A DNA stretch of 29,318 nucleotides. Origin: a virus. Lineage: Duplodnaviria; Caudoviricetes. The notes below the pieces were generated by a model. That model had not been told where the DNA came from. It saw only the letters and a program-made list of their open reading frames with translations, and searched no databases. The DNA lies in the IMG/VR virus record IMGVR_UViG_3300032295_003626, positions 1-29,318 of that record. The stretch is one strand, 5' to 3'. This document shows positions 9,480 to 18,571 of the stretch, piece by piece. Numbering within the stretch: position 1 is the first letter of the stretch; the number at the start of each line of letters is the position of its first letter. The translations under genes and the position numbers were made by a program.

Positions 9480-9797
9480 TTAAATTGGGAGCATGAGGTA
9501 TTCGATCGGGGTAGCTTCGAGTATTGTGAGTTGAGTTTGGTCTGCATCCGTTTCTGCATCATCATCATTCAAAAACATGGATGATCCTGAGACTTTCACG
9601 CTTTGGTTTTTCCCCTCGCTGAATTTTAGCGAATATTCCAGCCCTTCGTCTTCCCAGCTCAGGTAAAGAAATTCATTGTCTTCGCTGTCTTTTAATTCCG
9701 AGAGTCTTGGATATACTAATACGGAATCGTCGATAACGACTGCGGTTGTGAACCTTTCAAGTATTTCGTAGGCTCCTTTAAGTGATATGGTTTTCAT
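9480..9797 (-). CDS. acidic hypothetical protein
   Basis: ATGA coupling; lower GC. Confidence 0.65.
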   Translation of the reverse strand: MKTISLKGAYEILERFTTAVVIDDSVLVYPRLSELKDSEDNEFLYLSWEDEGLEYSLKFSEGKNQSVKVSGSSMFLNDDDAETDADQTQLTILEATPIEYLMLPI

Positions 9798-10432
9798 AAG
9801 GTTTTAGTAGCGAGTTTGTAGACATCTGCGACAAGGCTATAAACATCCGCGATAAGGTTGCGGGAGTGGACTTCACGAGGATTTTGCTTGCCTATCGTGT
9901 TTCCCAGGGGGTCTTCGCCTGTTTCGGCGACAGAAATGTTATAGAGTTGTTGCTTGAGCATGCTGTAGTAGCAGTGTTGGTAGGCTGTTTCATGTTCAAG
10001 CTCGTCTCGATCCTGTTTTGACAGACGCTCTTTTTGCCTGCGTTCAATACGGGAGTCGCAATCCCAGTTGCCGTCGCAATCAACGGATGTAAATTCCACA
10101 ACTTCAACCTTATCTTTTCTTGACAAGTTGATTGCGTAAGCATTTTGCGTCCAAGTTTCCTCGTCTTGGGAGGGAATCCAATCTCCGGCTTCCTCCTGCG
10201 ACCAATCAAAATCCCCTGTCGGCGTATGGGAAAACAAGTCCGACCACGATGTAGCGAAGTGGCGAGGGTTAGTTTCAATAAATCGGATAGCTTCTTCGAC
10301 CTCATTACGCAGCTTGGAAACTTCTTCGCGGCATGGGGAGTCTATGTGGGTTGCAATGGGGGTGTCTTCCTCTTGGTTGTGGAGGTGCTTGTCTGGGTCG
10401 AGGTAGTCGTTGTGTGCTGATGTGAATGACAT
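9794..10432 (-). CDS. hypothetical protein
   Basis: Start MSFTSAHNDY at 10432. Confidence 0.65.
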   Translation of the reverse strand: MSFTSAHNDYLDPDKHLHNQEEDTPIATHIDSPCREEVSKLRNEVEEAIRFIETNPRHFATSWSDLFSHTPTGDFDWSQEEAGDWIPSQDEETWTQNAYAINLSRKDKVEVVEFTSVDCDGNWDCDSRIERRQKERLSKQDRDELEHETAYQHCYYSMLKQQLYNISVAETGEDPLGNTIGKQNPREVHSRNLIADVYSLVADVYKLATKTL

Positions 10433-10467
10433 TTTATTGGTTTGATTGGGTGGGTGAAATTCGTAGA

Positions 10468-10644
10468 TCATGGATTTAGGAGGCTGACCCTCACGACATC
10501 TTGCTCGTATTTTTCAGGCACATCGAACTCATGCCCGATGTTAAATGTCTCATTTGCTTCCTCGATCGCGGCTTCTCGCGTCTCGGCTTCGATGGTGAGT
10601 GTTTTTATGATTGTTGCTTTTATGGTGACTTCGTAGGTTTTCAT
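10468..10644 (-). CDS. small DpnD/PcfM-like protein (not in the ORF track)
   Basis: Translated by hand, 58 aa: MKTYEVTIKATIIKTLTIEAETREAAIEEA... Confidence 0.65.
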   Translation of the reverse strand: MKTYEVTIKATIIKTLTIEAETREAAIEEANETFNIGHEFDVPEKYEQDVVRVSLLNP

Positions 10645-10668
10645 TTTTAGGGATTTAGTCCTCTGTGG

Positions 10669-11052
10669 TTAATTTTCCTTCCAGCCCCGTAGTTCTTCGT
10701 GATGAATGGGTGTGAAGTAGACATCTACCTCGATGCCGATGCCGAGGCGGCCTTTGATGTCGGAGAGTTCTTGGAGGGAGAAGCTGCCCCACTCGTTTTC
10801 GATGCCTGTCACATAGCCGAAGCAGATGTCTTGGCCGTCCCAGTCCTGGATATACCAGGTGAAGCTGCCGCAGGGGTCGAAGAGTTTGACGCGGAGGAGT
10901 TGTGATTTGGTTTCGCCCTCGTCGGTGAGGTTGTCCGTAGGCACTTCCATGAGGCGGCAGGCCTTTTGCATGAGGGCGAGTTTCTGCGGCCCGTAGGTGA
11001 TGCCGCTTTGGTTGATGTGGTCTTGCAGGTTGGGGTATTGTGGTGTTGTCAT
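10669..11052 (-). CDS. DUF2958-like protein
   Basis: VKLFDPCGSFTWY...FGYV...EWGSFSLQEL...IEVDVYF signature. Confidence 0.8.
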   Translation of the reverse strand: MTTPQYPNLQDHINQSGITYGPQKLALMQKACRLMEVPTDNLTDEGETKSQLLRVKLFDPCGSFTWYIQDWDGQDICFGYVTGIENEWGSFSLQELSDIKGRLGIGIEVDVYFTPIHHEELRGWKEN

Positions 11053-11070
11053 GTTGTTTGTTTTAATGAA

Positions 11071-11087
11071 AGTCTTGTGATAAGACT
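11071..11087. repeat. 17-bp palindromic motif, copy 1
   Basis: AGTCTTGTGATAAGACT, intergenic, abutting a hairpin. Confidence 0.85.
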
Positions 11088-11119
11088 AAAGGCCGCAACG
11101 CTTTCGCGCTGCGACCTTT
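11088..11119 (-). terminator. GNRA-capped hairpin, probable terminator
   Basis: Minus strand GGTCGCAGCGC-GAAA-GCGTTGCGGCC-TTT; G-U pairs fix the strand. Confidence 0.6.
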
Positions 11120-11144
11120 TGGTTCGTCCCAAGTTTGGAATTGG

Positions 11145-11747
11145 TTAGTAGGAGGCGAGCTTGAGCTTGTGCGCCTCGTAGGTGGCTGGGTATATCTGCG
11201 TTATGTCTGGAGCTTCGGGGATATGGAAGTGGATGATGAGCGGGGTGAGCGAGTGGTTTGCGAAGATGCGGGGATCTTCTGGCACTTCGCCGTGGCAGAA
11301 GGTGTGGGTGCGCTCGAAGTCGTCATCGAGGGCGACGATGAGTTCTTCTCCGGTAATGAGAACCTCCTCTGGTTTGCCTTGGAGCGACTTGCGCACGATG
11401 AGGCGTTTTATGAGAATCGTGTGCGTGCGGATCGGGTAGTCGATGCCAGCGGTGAAGCTGTCGCCCATATTGTGGCGGCAGGTCAGGTGGGTGACTTCAT
11501 CGAGCCAGCCGAGGCGTTGCTCCTCGTTGAGCGGCATGAAGGGGGCCATGTGCCGTGCGCGGTGGCGCAGGGCTGTTTCTGTGGCTTTGCGGAGGTCTTC
11601 GCAGATGGTTTGGGTAGCCAGGAGGTCGGTTAGAGCTTTGCGCGTTTCGGTCATGACCACCAATTCATTCGGGCTTTTGCCGGTAAGGGGTGAGCGGTGC
11701 TTGCAGGATATTGTGCCGTGCTTGTTGAGCCAGTAGGTGTATTGCAT
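11145..11747 (-). CDS. hypothetical protein
   Basis: 200-aa ORF abutting the upstream stop. Confidence 0.7.
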   Translation of the reverse strand: MQYTYWLNKHGTISCKHRSPLTGKSPNELVVMTETRKALTDLLATQTICEDLRKATETALRHRARHMAPFMPLNEEQRLGWLDEVTHLTCRHNMGDSFTAGIDYPIRTHTILIKRLIVRKSLQGKPEEVLITGEELIVALDDDFERTHTFCHGEVPEDPRIFANHSLTPLIIHFHIPEAPDITQIYPATYEAHKLKLASY

Positions 11748-12056
11748 TTAGATAGTAAGATAGAGAAATTCCCTCGCCAGCGTCTTGAGCCGGGCGATGT
11801 GGTGGGCGTTGAGCGGGTGCAGGTTGGTTGCCGCCTCAAGGGCTGCGATATCGCCTCCGCTGGGGTGGTGTAGATCGAGGATGCGGTGAGCGGTTTCCGC
11901 GTAGATTGCGGCCAGTTCGTCTTCTATAGAGCGCAGTTTGCGTTGAAGGGTTGTGACTCGGTTTTCGTTGGCAATCATCTCGTCGTGGAGGGCTTGATTC
12001 TCCATGATGAGGCTGCTGATCTCTGCTGCAAGAAGTGGTATTGTCATTGTTTCCAT
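11748..12056 (-). CDS. coiled-coil hypothetical protein
   Basis: Heptad pattern; packed in the operon. Confidence 0.65.
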   Translation of the reverse strand: METMTIPLLAAEISSLIMENQALHDEMIANENRVTTLQRKLRSIEDELAAIYAETAHRILDLHHPSGGDIAALEAATNLHPLNAHHIARLKTLAREFLYLTI

Positions 12057-12058
12057 GT

Positions 12059-12385
12059 TTAGCCGATTACCTCATGGAGAGAGCCGTTTTTCTGATGCCA
12101 TGCCTCACAATCATTGATTGCAGCGTCGAGAGCATCCCGCAATGGTTCGACTTCGTCCCTGTCATCCCAAGGCAGGTCTCGAAAGAGAATATCGACGAAT
12201 TCCCGCCAGTCTCCGATAATCTCATAATGCGTCGAACCATCACAACCGTGCTCGGCAGCTTCATATCGCCGATCGGCACGTTCTGGGTCTTCGATGAATA
12301 GGTCGTTTCCTAATTTGGAGCCGATAAAAGAATCCCACTTGGGATGGCTGAGTAATTGGTCAATGGTTGAAGGGAAGGTGATCAT
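12059..12385 (-). CDS. hypothetical protein
   Basis: Start MITFPST at 12385 (ATGA overlap). Confidence 0.65.
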   Translation of the reverse strand: MITFPSTIDQLLSHPKWDSFIGSKLGNDLFIEDPERADRRYEAAEHGCDGSTHYEIIGDWREFVDILFRDLPWDDRDEVEPLRDALDAAINDCEAWHQKNGSLHEVIG

Positions 12386-12789
12386 AAATTTTCTGGCCTC
12401 AAGTCGAAGTGTTCGTTGTAAAGGTGCTCCCACAGCCTGTTGTAAGCGTGAAGTTTGCGTGATTGCGACGGGGTTTTCTTGATCTCGTCTTTGAAGTTGT
12501 CGTAGGTGACTGATTTTGTGATGGTTTCCATTACTTTCCCGATCTCGGCTCCTTCAAGGATGATGCGGTAGGGGTAATCGCTTTTGTCGTAGGAAAGAAT
12601 GTTCAGATCGACCCACTTTTGGGTATGCGGGTGGTTTTCACTTCCCTCTTTCAAGAAGGACGCGATCAAAAGTCGTGCCAGGTCTTCTCGATCTCGGGAG
12701 CGGACGATATAGACGGGAGGGCCATCGGGATCGAGGTGCGAGGGTTTGAAGACGATGGAGTAGAAGCCAAGTTTAGTTGCGAGCCACAT
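12382..12789 (-). CDS. conserved hypothetical protein
   Basis: MWLATKLGFYSIV...VRSR...DYPYR...YDNFK, a pattern I recall from mobile-element hypotheticals; start 12789. Confidence 0.7.
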   Translation of the reverse strand: MWLATKLGFYSIVFKPSHLDPDGPPVYIVRSRDREDLARLLIASFLKEGSENHPHTQKWVDLNILSYDKSDYPYRIILEGAEIGKVMETITKSVTYDNFKDEIKKTPSQSRKLHAYNRLWEHLYNEHFDLRPENL

Positions 12790-12793
12790 AGGA

Positions 12794-12976
12794 TTAGATT
12801 TTAACCCCCTCGCTTCGCGCCCACATATAAAGGCCTTCGTCGTTAAGTATCCAGAGTCGGCGTTCCTCGTCGTTTTTGTAGCGATGAGCTTGGGGATCAC
12901 CGCCGAGAGCGCGAATGATGCACTCGTCGATTTCCCGTCGATTTTCTTTGATGAATTGTCGTATGCTAATTTTCAT
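12794..12976 (-). CDS. conserved phage hypothetical protein
   Basis: NDEERRLWILNDEGLYMWA motif. Confidence 0.7.
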   Translation of the reverse strand: MKISIRQFIKENRREIDECIIRALGGDPQAHRYKNDEERRLWILNDEGLYMWARSEGVKI

Positions 12977-14046
12977 GCTGGTATGGGTTCATGGTGTCGT
13001 AGTTGGATGATGTGTAGGTTTTTGCGGAATCCTGTTATGCGGATGGTGTAGGAATCGGCATCGCGCTGGATCGTGTCGCCTCCATTTTCGAGCGCGTCAA
13101 TGAGATGGCGTGGCTCGACGCGGAATGGCGTGGGGCGGCCAGTGGTGATTGCCCTGTCGCGGATGAGGGTGTTCTCGGTTTGCAGGGTTATGGAGTCCCC
13201 TTCGGGAATAATGGCGATATTTTCGGGTTTTTCTGTTTTTAGCAGTTTTCGCAAGGTGTTGAGCGTGGTGTCGCTGGCGATTTGCAGGCGATTTTCGGAC
13301 GGATCGGGGATAATGCTCACCCAATTCGGGTATTTTGTGTCCAAGGTGACGGATGTGATGCGTGTTATGACATCTTCCTTGGTTGAGACGAGGTGGATAT
13401 GGCTGGAATTAAAGGAAATGCTCATCCCCTCTTCCATGAGGGCGGCAATCGGCTGGGGAATGCTGATTCCCGCTGGTTCGGGGCATTGAGATGCAACTTG
13501 CTCCATGTGGAGCCTTTGTCCATCGCATCCTACGAGGGAGTTGCCTTGCCAGAACACGCCTTCTATAGCTGGACGCAGGGCTTTTTTCTCTGCCACGCAC
13601 TTGAAGCAACGCTTTACGGCACTCGCGTCGAGTTCGCAGCTATCGTGATCTGCCTGGAAGGGAATCGGGTCTGGAAATTCGAGGTCTTGCGACTCCCATG
13701 GCACATCGGAGAGGGTGTTGCCGATCTGGATTTGAATCGACTCGGCGGTAATCCTTACTTGGCTGTCCTTTTCCGCGCTGATGGCGCAGTTTAGCAGCGT
13801 GGCGGCGGGGATGAGGAATGTCTCTGGCTCTATCGGTTTGGCAAGTGCCTTGGCGAGCTTGCCGATGGGCTGGGCGCGGGGGATGCCGATCTCGATCTCG
13901 GTTTCCAAGTTGGTCGCGCGGAGGCGGGTGCCAGACCAGTCCGAGGTAGCGTGAATACACGCCAGTCCAGGCTTTACTGGCTTGGATGGGATGATTTTCG
14001 TGAGCTTGCGGCAAGCTGCGAGGAGGATGGGTTGTGGGATTTGCAT
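12973..14046 (-). CDS. dnaN: DNA polymerase III beta sliding-clamp-like protein (divergent)
   Basis: 357 aa; LRATNLETEI, EFP, RPAIEGV, VGCDGQRL, YPNW match DnaN landmarks. Confidence 0.8.
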   Translation of the reverse strand: MQIPQPILLAACRKLTKIIPSKPVKPGLACIHATSDWSGTRLRATNLETEIEIGIPRAQPIGKLAKALAKPIEPETFLIPAATLLNCAISAEKDSQVRITAESIQIQIGNTLSDVPWESQDLEFPDPIPFQADHDSCELDASAVKRCFKCVAEKKALRPAIEGVFWQGNSLVGCDGQRLHMEQVASQCPEPAGISIPQPIAALMEEGMSISFNSSHIHLVSTKEDVITRITSVTLDTKYPNWVSIIPDPSENRLQIASDTTLNTLRKLLKTEKPENIAIIPEGDSITLQTENTLIRDRAITTGRPTPFRVEPRHLIDALENGGDTIQRDADSYTIRITGFRKNLHIIQLRHHEPIPA

Positions 14047-14053
14047 AGTGCTT

Positions 14054-14434
14054 TTAATTAAGCCTTACTTGAATGGAGCAGGAGTCGAGGTGATCGGTTA
14101 CTTTTTCTCTAACTATCTCGTCGATGTCTATGTTATCGAGGGTGTTTTCGATTGCGCCATCGTAATCATAATCCTTGATTGCATTTTCGACATTCTCATT
14201 AACCAGATCGTGAATATCCATTGCTCCAAGATGTTCTATGACCTTGCCTTGGATATTCTGATCACTAACCGCATCATTCACGCGGGCAATGGCGGCATTG
14301 ATGATGATGTCATTTACCTTATTAACTGCATTGGTGACTGCGGACTGGACGATTATTGCGATTGCATCATCTACACTGATTGTAGCAGGTGTGTAGAGGT
14401 CATTGACTGGGTGTTTTGTATAGTATGTATTCAT
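14054..14434 (-). CDS. acidic helical-repeat hypothetical protein
   Basis: Start MNTYYTK at 14434; AT-richer; periodic D/I/V pattern. Confidence 0.6.
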   Translation of the reverse strand: MNTYYTKHPVNDLYTPATISVDDAIAIIVQSAVTNAVNKVNDIIINAAIARVNDAVSDQNIQGKVIEHLGAMDIHDLVNENVENAIKDYDYDGAIENTLDNIDIDEIVREKVTDHLDSCSIQVRLN

Positions 14435-14449
14435 TGTGTTTTGTGTGAG

Positions 14450-14466
14450 AGTCTTATCGTAAGGGT
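14450..14466. repeat. 17-bp palindromic motif, copy 2 (degenerate)
   Basis: AGTCTTATCGTAAGGGT, intergenic. Confidence 0.65.
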
Positions 14467-14474
14467 TAGGGTTA

Positions 14475-14681
14475 TTATCGAGGGAGTTTGGTGCCGACTC
14501 CGACAATCAACTTTTGCTCAAAGTCGAAGGCGGCGGCGGATGGGTAGGTGGTGGGTAAGTCGAAGTCTTCAAACATCAGTTCAAGCTCGAAACGGGCTTT
14601 TTCGTGTTTTTCGCTGAGGCCGAGGCAATACTCGATGAGTTGGATGACTTCTTGGTTTGTCCAGTTGTTGCGTTTGATCAT
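14475..14681 (-). CDS. hypothetical protein
   Basis: ATGA coupling. Confidence 0.6.
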   Translation of the reverse strand: MIKRNNWTNQEVIQLIEYCLGLSEKHEKARFELELMFEDFDLPTTYPSAAAFDFEQKLIVGVGTKLPR

Positions 14682-15601
14682 GCGGCTTTTTGGTTGGTTT
14701 GGGTGTTGGCTCCGATGATGGTTGGTTCGATCCAGATGTCTTTACGGAGAGAGTTGCGTGGGCCGTGGGCTTGGTGTCGCCAGTGGCCTCTTCGCCAGTG
14801 GACATTGGGCGAGGCGTGTGTGCCGCCTGCGGATTCGGCTCTGGCTACGCGGTAGGTGCGTCCGATCCAGTTGGGGGTGGCAAGTTTGCGGGCGGCTTTG
14901 CCGGTGGATGGCGGGGGTGCGTTGAGTTTTGTCGGTGTTTCCACCAGATTCGGGCGGGCGGTCATGAGCATGAGGAGCGTCACGGCCACTCGGATGAATT
15001 TTCTGGAGAAGGATTTGTCGTCTTGCCCGAGTTCTCCCATTTCTCCGTAGAACGGGTGGAACTCGCCGCTGTGGGTGCTATCGTGTGCGGCGAGGGTTTG
15101 GTCTTCTTTGATTTGGGCCATGTAGCTGGCTCCGGCTCGTGATCCGGTGCAGATGGCCAGAGATTTCTGCTTGGTTATGTGGCCCTCGCCCAAGGCTACG
15201 GACACCCAAGAGCAGTCCTCCCCGTCCGGCGAGACGAGTGTGCCGAGCGGGAGCATGAAGGTCATGGCATCGAGCGGCATTTGGAGGTCGGCGGGCTTGA
15301 GGTCGTGCGGAGGCTCTGTCTCAAGAGCTGCTTGGGCGAGTTCTTTGCCGACCCAGTAGGTCGGCATCCAGAAGTCGGCAAGACGCTCGGCTACGGCGGC
15401 GACATTATTGATGACGGGATCGACATCTATCGCTGCTGGCCCGTGTTTCTGCTTGAGCATCATTGCGCCAAGCATACTCACACAGAAAACGCAGGCGGGA
15501 GCCTTGGGCGAGGTGTAGCCGCCTGGGGCGGCGTATTTGCGTGGGTAGAATCTTTGAAACACCTCGGGGTATGTTTCCTCGAACGCGTCTTCGATTTTCA
15601 T
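14678..15601 (-). CDS. phage protein with C-terminal HxRRGHW motif
   Basis: GGTHASPNVHWRRGHWRHQ...WIEP; start MKIEDAF at 15601. Confidence 0.75.
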   Translation of the reverse strand: MKIEDAFEETYPEVFQRFYPRKYAAPGGYTSPKAPACVFCVSMLGAMMLKQKHGPAAIDVDPVINNVAAVAERLADFWMPTYWVGKELAQAALETEPPHDLKPADLQMPLDAMTFMLPLGTLVSPDGEDCSWVSVALGEGHITKQKSLAICTGSRAGASYMAQIKEDQTLAAHDSTHSGEFHPFYGEMGELGQDDKSFSRKFIRVAVTLLMLMTARPNLVETPTKLNAPPPSTGKAARKLATPNWIGRTYRVARAESAGGTHASPNVHWRRGHWRHQAHGPRNSLRKDIWIEPTIIGANTQTNQKAA

Positions 15602-15885
15602 TCGTCTTCTGCGGCTGAGGCTTCTTCTGCGGTAAGCCAGCATTCCTCGTAGTAGGTGTTATTGTCGTGCCGCTCTGTGGTAGCCAGATGCCCGAGGTGG
15701 TTGCAAAAGTGGTGCGGGGGGCCGATAATAATCCACTCGGAGCCATCGCCTCCTTCGGCTGATGTGACTGACCATATTTGGTCATCGTCGTAACCTGCGT
15801 CTTTGGCTTCCTTCCAGCTTCGGAAGTAGTTTCCGTCTGGTCGGCGGATTTCTTCATAGGGGAAGTTGCCTTGGATCGTTGTCAT
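15598..15885 (-). CDS. hypothetical protein
   Basis: ATGA overlaps at both ends. Confidence 0.7.
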   Translation of the reverse strand: MTTIQGNFPYEEIRRPDGNYFRSWKEAKDAGYDDDQIWSVTSAEGGDGSEWIIIGPPHHFCNHLGHLATTERHDNNTYYEECWLTAEEASAAEDE

Positions 15886-16076
15886 GTTTTCTTGGCCTTG
15901 CGGCGGTTGTATTTGCGCTTGGGTTTCTCTGGTGTGGTGGGAAGTTCCATAACGCGTGGCGGCATGGACGATTTGAATGGCTCTGTGGCAAGTATGACTT
16001 CCACAGCGAGGTTGGCGGCACAGATTGCTGCCATGCGGAGCAGGCGCTCCTGGTCTTCTTGGCTTATGTGTATCAT
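15882..16076 (-). CDS. small protein with basic tail
   Basis: Start MIHISQ at 16076; KPKRKYNRRKAKK tail. Confidence 0.6.
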   Translation of the reverse strand: MIHISQEDQERLLRMAAICAANLAVEVILATEPFKSSMPPRVMELPTTPEKPKRKYNRRKAKKT

Positions 16077-17143
16077 GCGTTGAGTTCGTAGGTTAATTCT
16101 GACCAATCCATTCCGGCTCGATGGAGCATCCCGTCGATGGAGTTGTAGATTGCCATTTCTTCGGGGGAGAGTTGTGCTCCCATGTTGCCGAGTTCCATGA
16201 TTCCGTGGATAGTCGCAAAGGAGACGGCTTCGGTGTCCATGAAGGCTCGGACTTCATCAATGATGTCGAGCATTTCGTCATCGCGAAGATCGTCGATCTC
16301 CGTAGGAGTGTTTGTGAGTTTCGGAGTGGTCTCTTTGGCGAAAGCGGTGCGGCTTACGCCCCATTCCTTCTCGTATAATTCTTCCAGTCCGTGGTAGTCG
16401 CGAATTGGCGTGATTGCTACTGGCACCTCTTTGATGAGGTTATCGGCCCAGCATGGCGGGAATTGGAGTTGATCCTTGGGCACGGGCGTGCAGAGTTGGT
16501 ATTTCACGATGTCCTCGCGGATGTTTTCTGGCAGAGGCATGGGAAGTTGGGGGGCGTGGAACCAGTCGGAGAGCGCGGCGTTGTAGTAGGCGTGGCTGGC
16601 CTTGGATGCCACAGATCCGTCCTCGGCAAGCGTGCCTGGGATGGTGAGAGAGACGCGGGCGTGGATGGTGTGGACGGGGCTGTTGATATTGCCGAGGGTG
16701 ATGTGGATGCCCATCTCGGTCTCGTCGGATGAGTCTGTGCCGGATTGGAATGCACCGACGCCGCAGTGGTGATGCGCTGTGCCGAACTTGATCCAGTTGC
16801 CGCCTGCCATCTGCTCGTTGAGTTGGCGCTCGTAGTCGGGGTTGTCGGAGAGTTCCTTGGCGGTCATGCCTGTGCCGTATTTCTGTGGGAAGGCGTGGGC
16901 TTTGAACTCGCCAGTGTCGGTATTGAGCAGGAGGCGCACTTGGGTCTCCGACTTGGTTTCCTCATAGCTCCACTGGAAGAAAGACACGATCTGCTTCCAG
17001 ACGGCATCGGAGATTTTGGCTCCAGTCCATCGCATAGACGGCGAGGCTTCCACAATCGTTGTGGCCGATGGCACATGGCCGATGAAGCCGTTGCCGAGGT
17101 TGCGGAGTTCGTAGAGGGATTTGTTGTGGGATATGAGTTTCAT
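16073..17143 (-). CDS. JAB/MPN+ metallopeptidase (prokaryotic DUB-like)
   Basis: KSETQV (catalytic E) and HHHCGVGAFQSGTD = H-x-H-x7-S-x2-D. Confidence 0.85.
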   Translation of the reverse strand: MKLISHNKSLYELRNLGNGFIGHVPSATTIVEASPSMRWTGAKISDAVWKQIVSFFQWSYEETKSETQVRLLLNTDTGEFKAHAFPQKYGTGMTAKELSDNPDYERQLNEQMAGGNWIKFGTAHHHCGVGAFQSGTDSSDETEMGIHITLGNINSPVHTIHARVSLTIPGTLAEDGSVASKASHAYYNAALSDWFHAPQLPMPLPENIREDIVKYQLCTPVPKDQLQFPPCWADNLIKEVPVAITPIRDYHGLEELYEKEWGVSRTAFAKETTPKLTNTPTEIDDLRDDEMLDIIDEVRAFMDTEAVSFATIHGIMELGNMGAQLSPEEMAIYNSIDGMLHRAGMDWSELTYELNA

Positions 17144-17388
17144 TTGTGGTGGGTTAGGTTGATTCTGCGGTGTGGGCTTGGTGTGCGGGGTGGAGTGGGT
17201 CTGCGGTATTGCGTGGGTGGAGTGGGTGGTGGGGCTGGCGAGGGGTCTTCGCTATCGGGCGGCGGCGGGCCGCTGCGTGATTGCCACGCAGCGACGAGCC
17301 AGATCACACCTATGGCGAGAAGGAGCGGGGCGGCTCCTATGAAGAAGGACGCGATGAAGAAGATGCAGAAGACGGCGAGGTTTTTCAT
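17140..17388 (-). CDS. small membrane protein with Pro-rich tail
   Basis: Hydrophobic N-terminal ~33 aa; coupled at both ends. Confidence 0.7.
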   Translation of the reverse strand: MKNLAVFCIFFIASFFIGAAPLLLAIGVIWLVAAWQSRSGPPPPDSEDPSPAPPPTPPTQYRRPTPPRTPSPHRRINLTHHK

Positions 17389-17981
17389 TCGTCGTCCTCG
17401 TCCTCGTCCTCGCCCTCATCGTCTCCGTCGCGTTCGGCGATCATCTCCTCGGCCTGCTCCATGAGGGAGCGGAGGTCGTCTTCGATACTGAAGCTCGTAT
17501 CGTCAGAGGTGCGGTCGAAGTCATAGTCGTAGTCCTCCTCGTCTTCTTCGAGGTCAGAGATTTGGTTTGCAACATATTCGCGCACCTCATCCCTTCCCTG
17601 TTCCCAGACAGAAAGTGGAACTTGGACGCAGGTTCTCTTGACCCAAGAGCGTGTATAGTAGTTGTAGCCTGTCTCTTGGGCATCCACATTAAGATACTCG
17701 CCGCGAGCGATTTCGTCGGCAGTGGGGTCGTGTGGGGGAGTCCAGTGCGCGGGAGCGGGTGTCGTCTTTGGGATTTTTGGGATCGGCTTGAGGGTCGCGA
17801 GCCAGGCTTCGATCTGCTCAAAGGTGGTCGCGCCGTCTGGCACGGGGCAGTTGAATTTAATGCGCAGGAGGGCGCGTGTGTAGGGAGACATGGGCGCAAG
17901 CATGACGAGATTTTTCAGGTCATGATTGGGCCAGTTGTAGGGTGGCGCTTCAGGGCGCGGGGCTTCTATGTTTGTTTCCAT
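17385..17981 (-). CDS. acidic protein, paralogue A
   Basis: Shares a 63-aa N-terminal block with 18008..18571. Confidence 0.8.
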   Translation of the reverse strand: METNIEAPRPEAPPYNWPNHDLKNLVMLAPMSPYTRALLRIKFNCPVPDGATTFEQIEAWLATLKPIPKIPKTTPAPAHWTPPHDPTADEIARGEYLNVDAQETGYNYYTRSWVKRTCVQVPLSVWEQGRDEVREYVANQISDLEEDEEDYDYDFDRTSDDTSFSIEDDLRSLMEQAEEMIAERDGDDEGEDEDEDDE

Positions 17982-18551
17982 AAATTGTTTAATGTCTTAT
18001 TGTAAGACTAAATAAGTCCTCTTTCTTCAAGCATCTGCTGGGCCTGTTCCATGAGTTCATCGAGATCGTCCTGGATATCGAAACTTGTTTCGTCACCGCT
18101 ATCGTAGTGTTCGCTGTCGGTGTAATCGAAAGAAGCGTTCCTTACTCTATCAGCAACATATTGTTCCAAGTCGTCCCTGTCGTCATCCATAATGGCTTGC
18201 AGCCATATTGAAAGCGGGACGCGCACATCTGCGTATTGCTTGTAGTATTCCTTGCGGAGTTCATACCCTTCGATCAGGCCTGTGACTTCGATGTATTCTC
18301 CCCTTTCGATTTCTTGTTCGCGGGGGTTCGTCCATGGAATGAATGGCGTGGGATGCGTGGGCGGCTTGAGGGTCGCGAGCCAGGCTTCGATCTGCTCAAA
18401 GGTGGTCGCGCCATCCGGCACGGGGCAGTTAAACTTTATGCGCAGGAGGGCGCGTGTGTAGGGAGACATGGGCGCAAGCAGGACGAGATTTTTCAAATCA
18501 TGATTGGGCCAGTTGTATGGTGGGGCTTCGGGGCGCGGGGCTTCGATGTTT
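17784..18551. repeat. 190-bp direct repeat (17784-17973 and 18362-18551)
   Basis: 12 mismatches by manual count, 11 of them synonymous. Confidence 0.9.
17993..18009. repeat. 17-bp palindromic motif, copy 3
   Basis: TGTCTTATTGTAAGACT, between the two paralogues. Confidence 0.8.
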
Positions 18552-18571
18552 TCTTTGATGAATGTGTTCAT
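18008..18571 (-). CDS. acidic protein, paralogue B
   Basis: Start MNTFIKENIEAPRP at 18571 (ATGA overlap). Confidence 0.8.
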   Translation of the reverse strand: MNTFIKENIEAPRPEAPPYNWPNHDLKNLVLLAPMSPYTRALLRIKFNCPVPDGATTFEQIEAWLATLKPPTHPTPFIPWTNPREQEIERGEYIEVTGLIEGYELRKEYYKQYADVRVPLSIWLQAIMDDDRDDLEQYVADRVRNASFDYTDSEHYDSGDETSFDIQDDLDELMEQAQQMLEERGLI

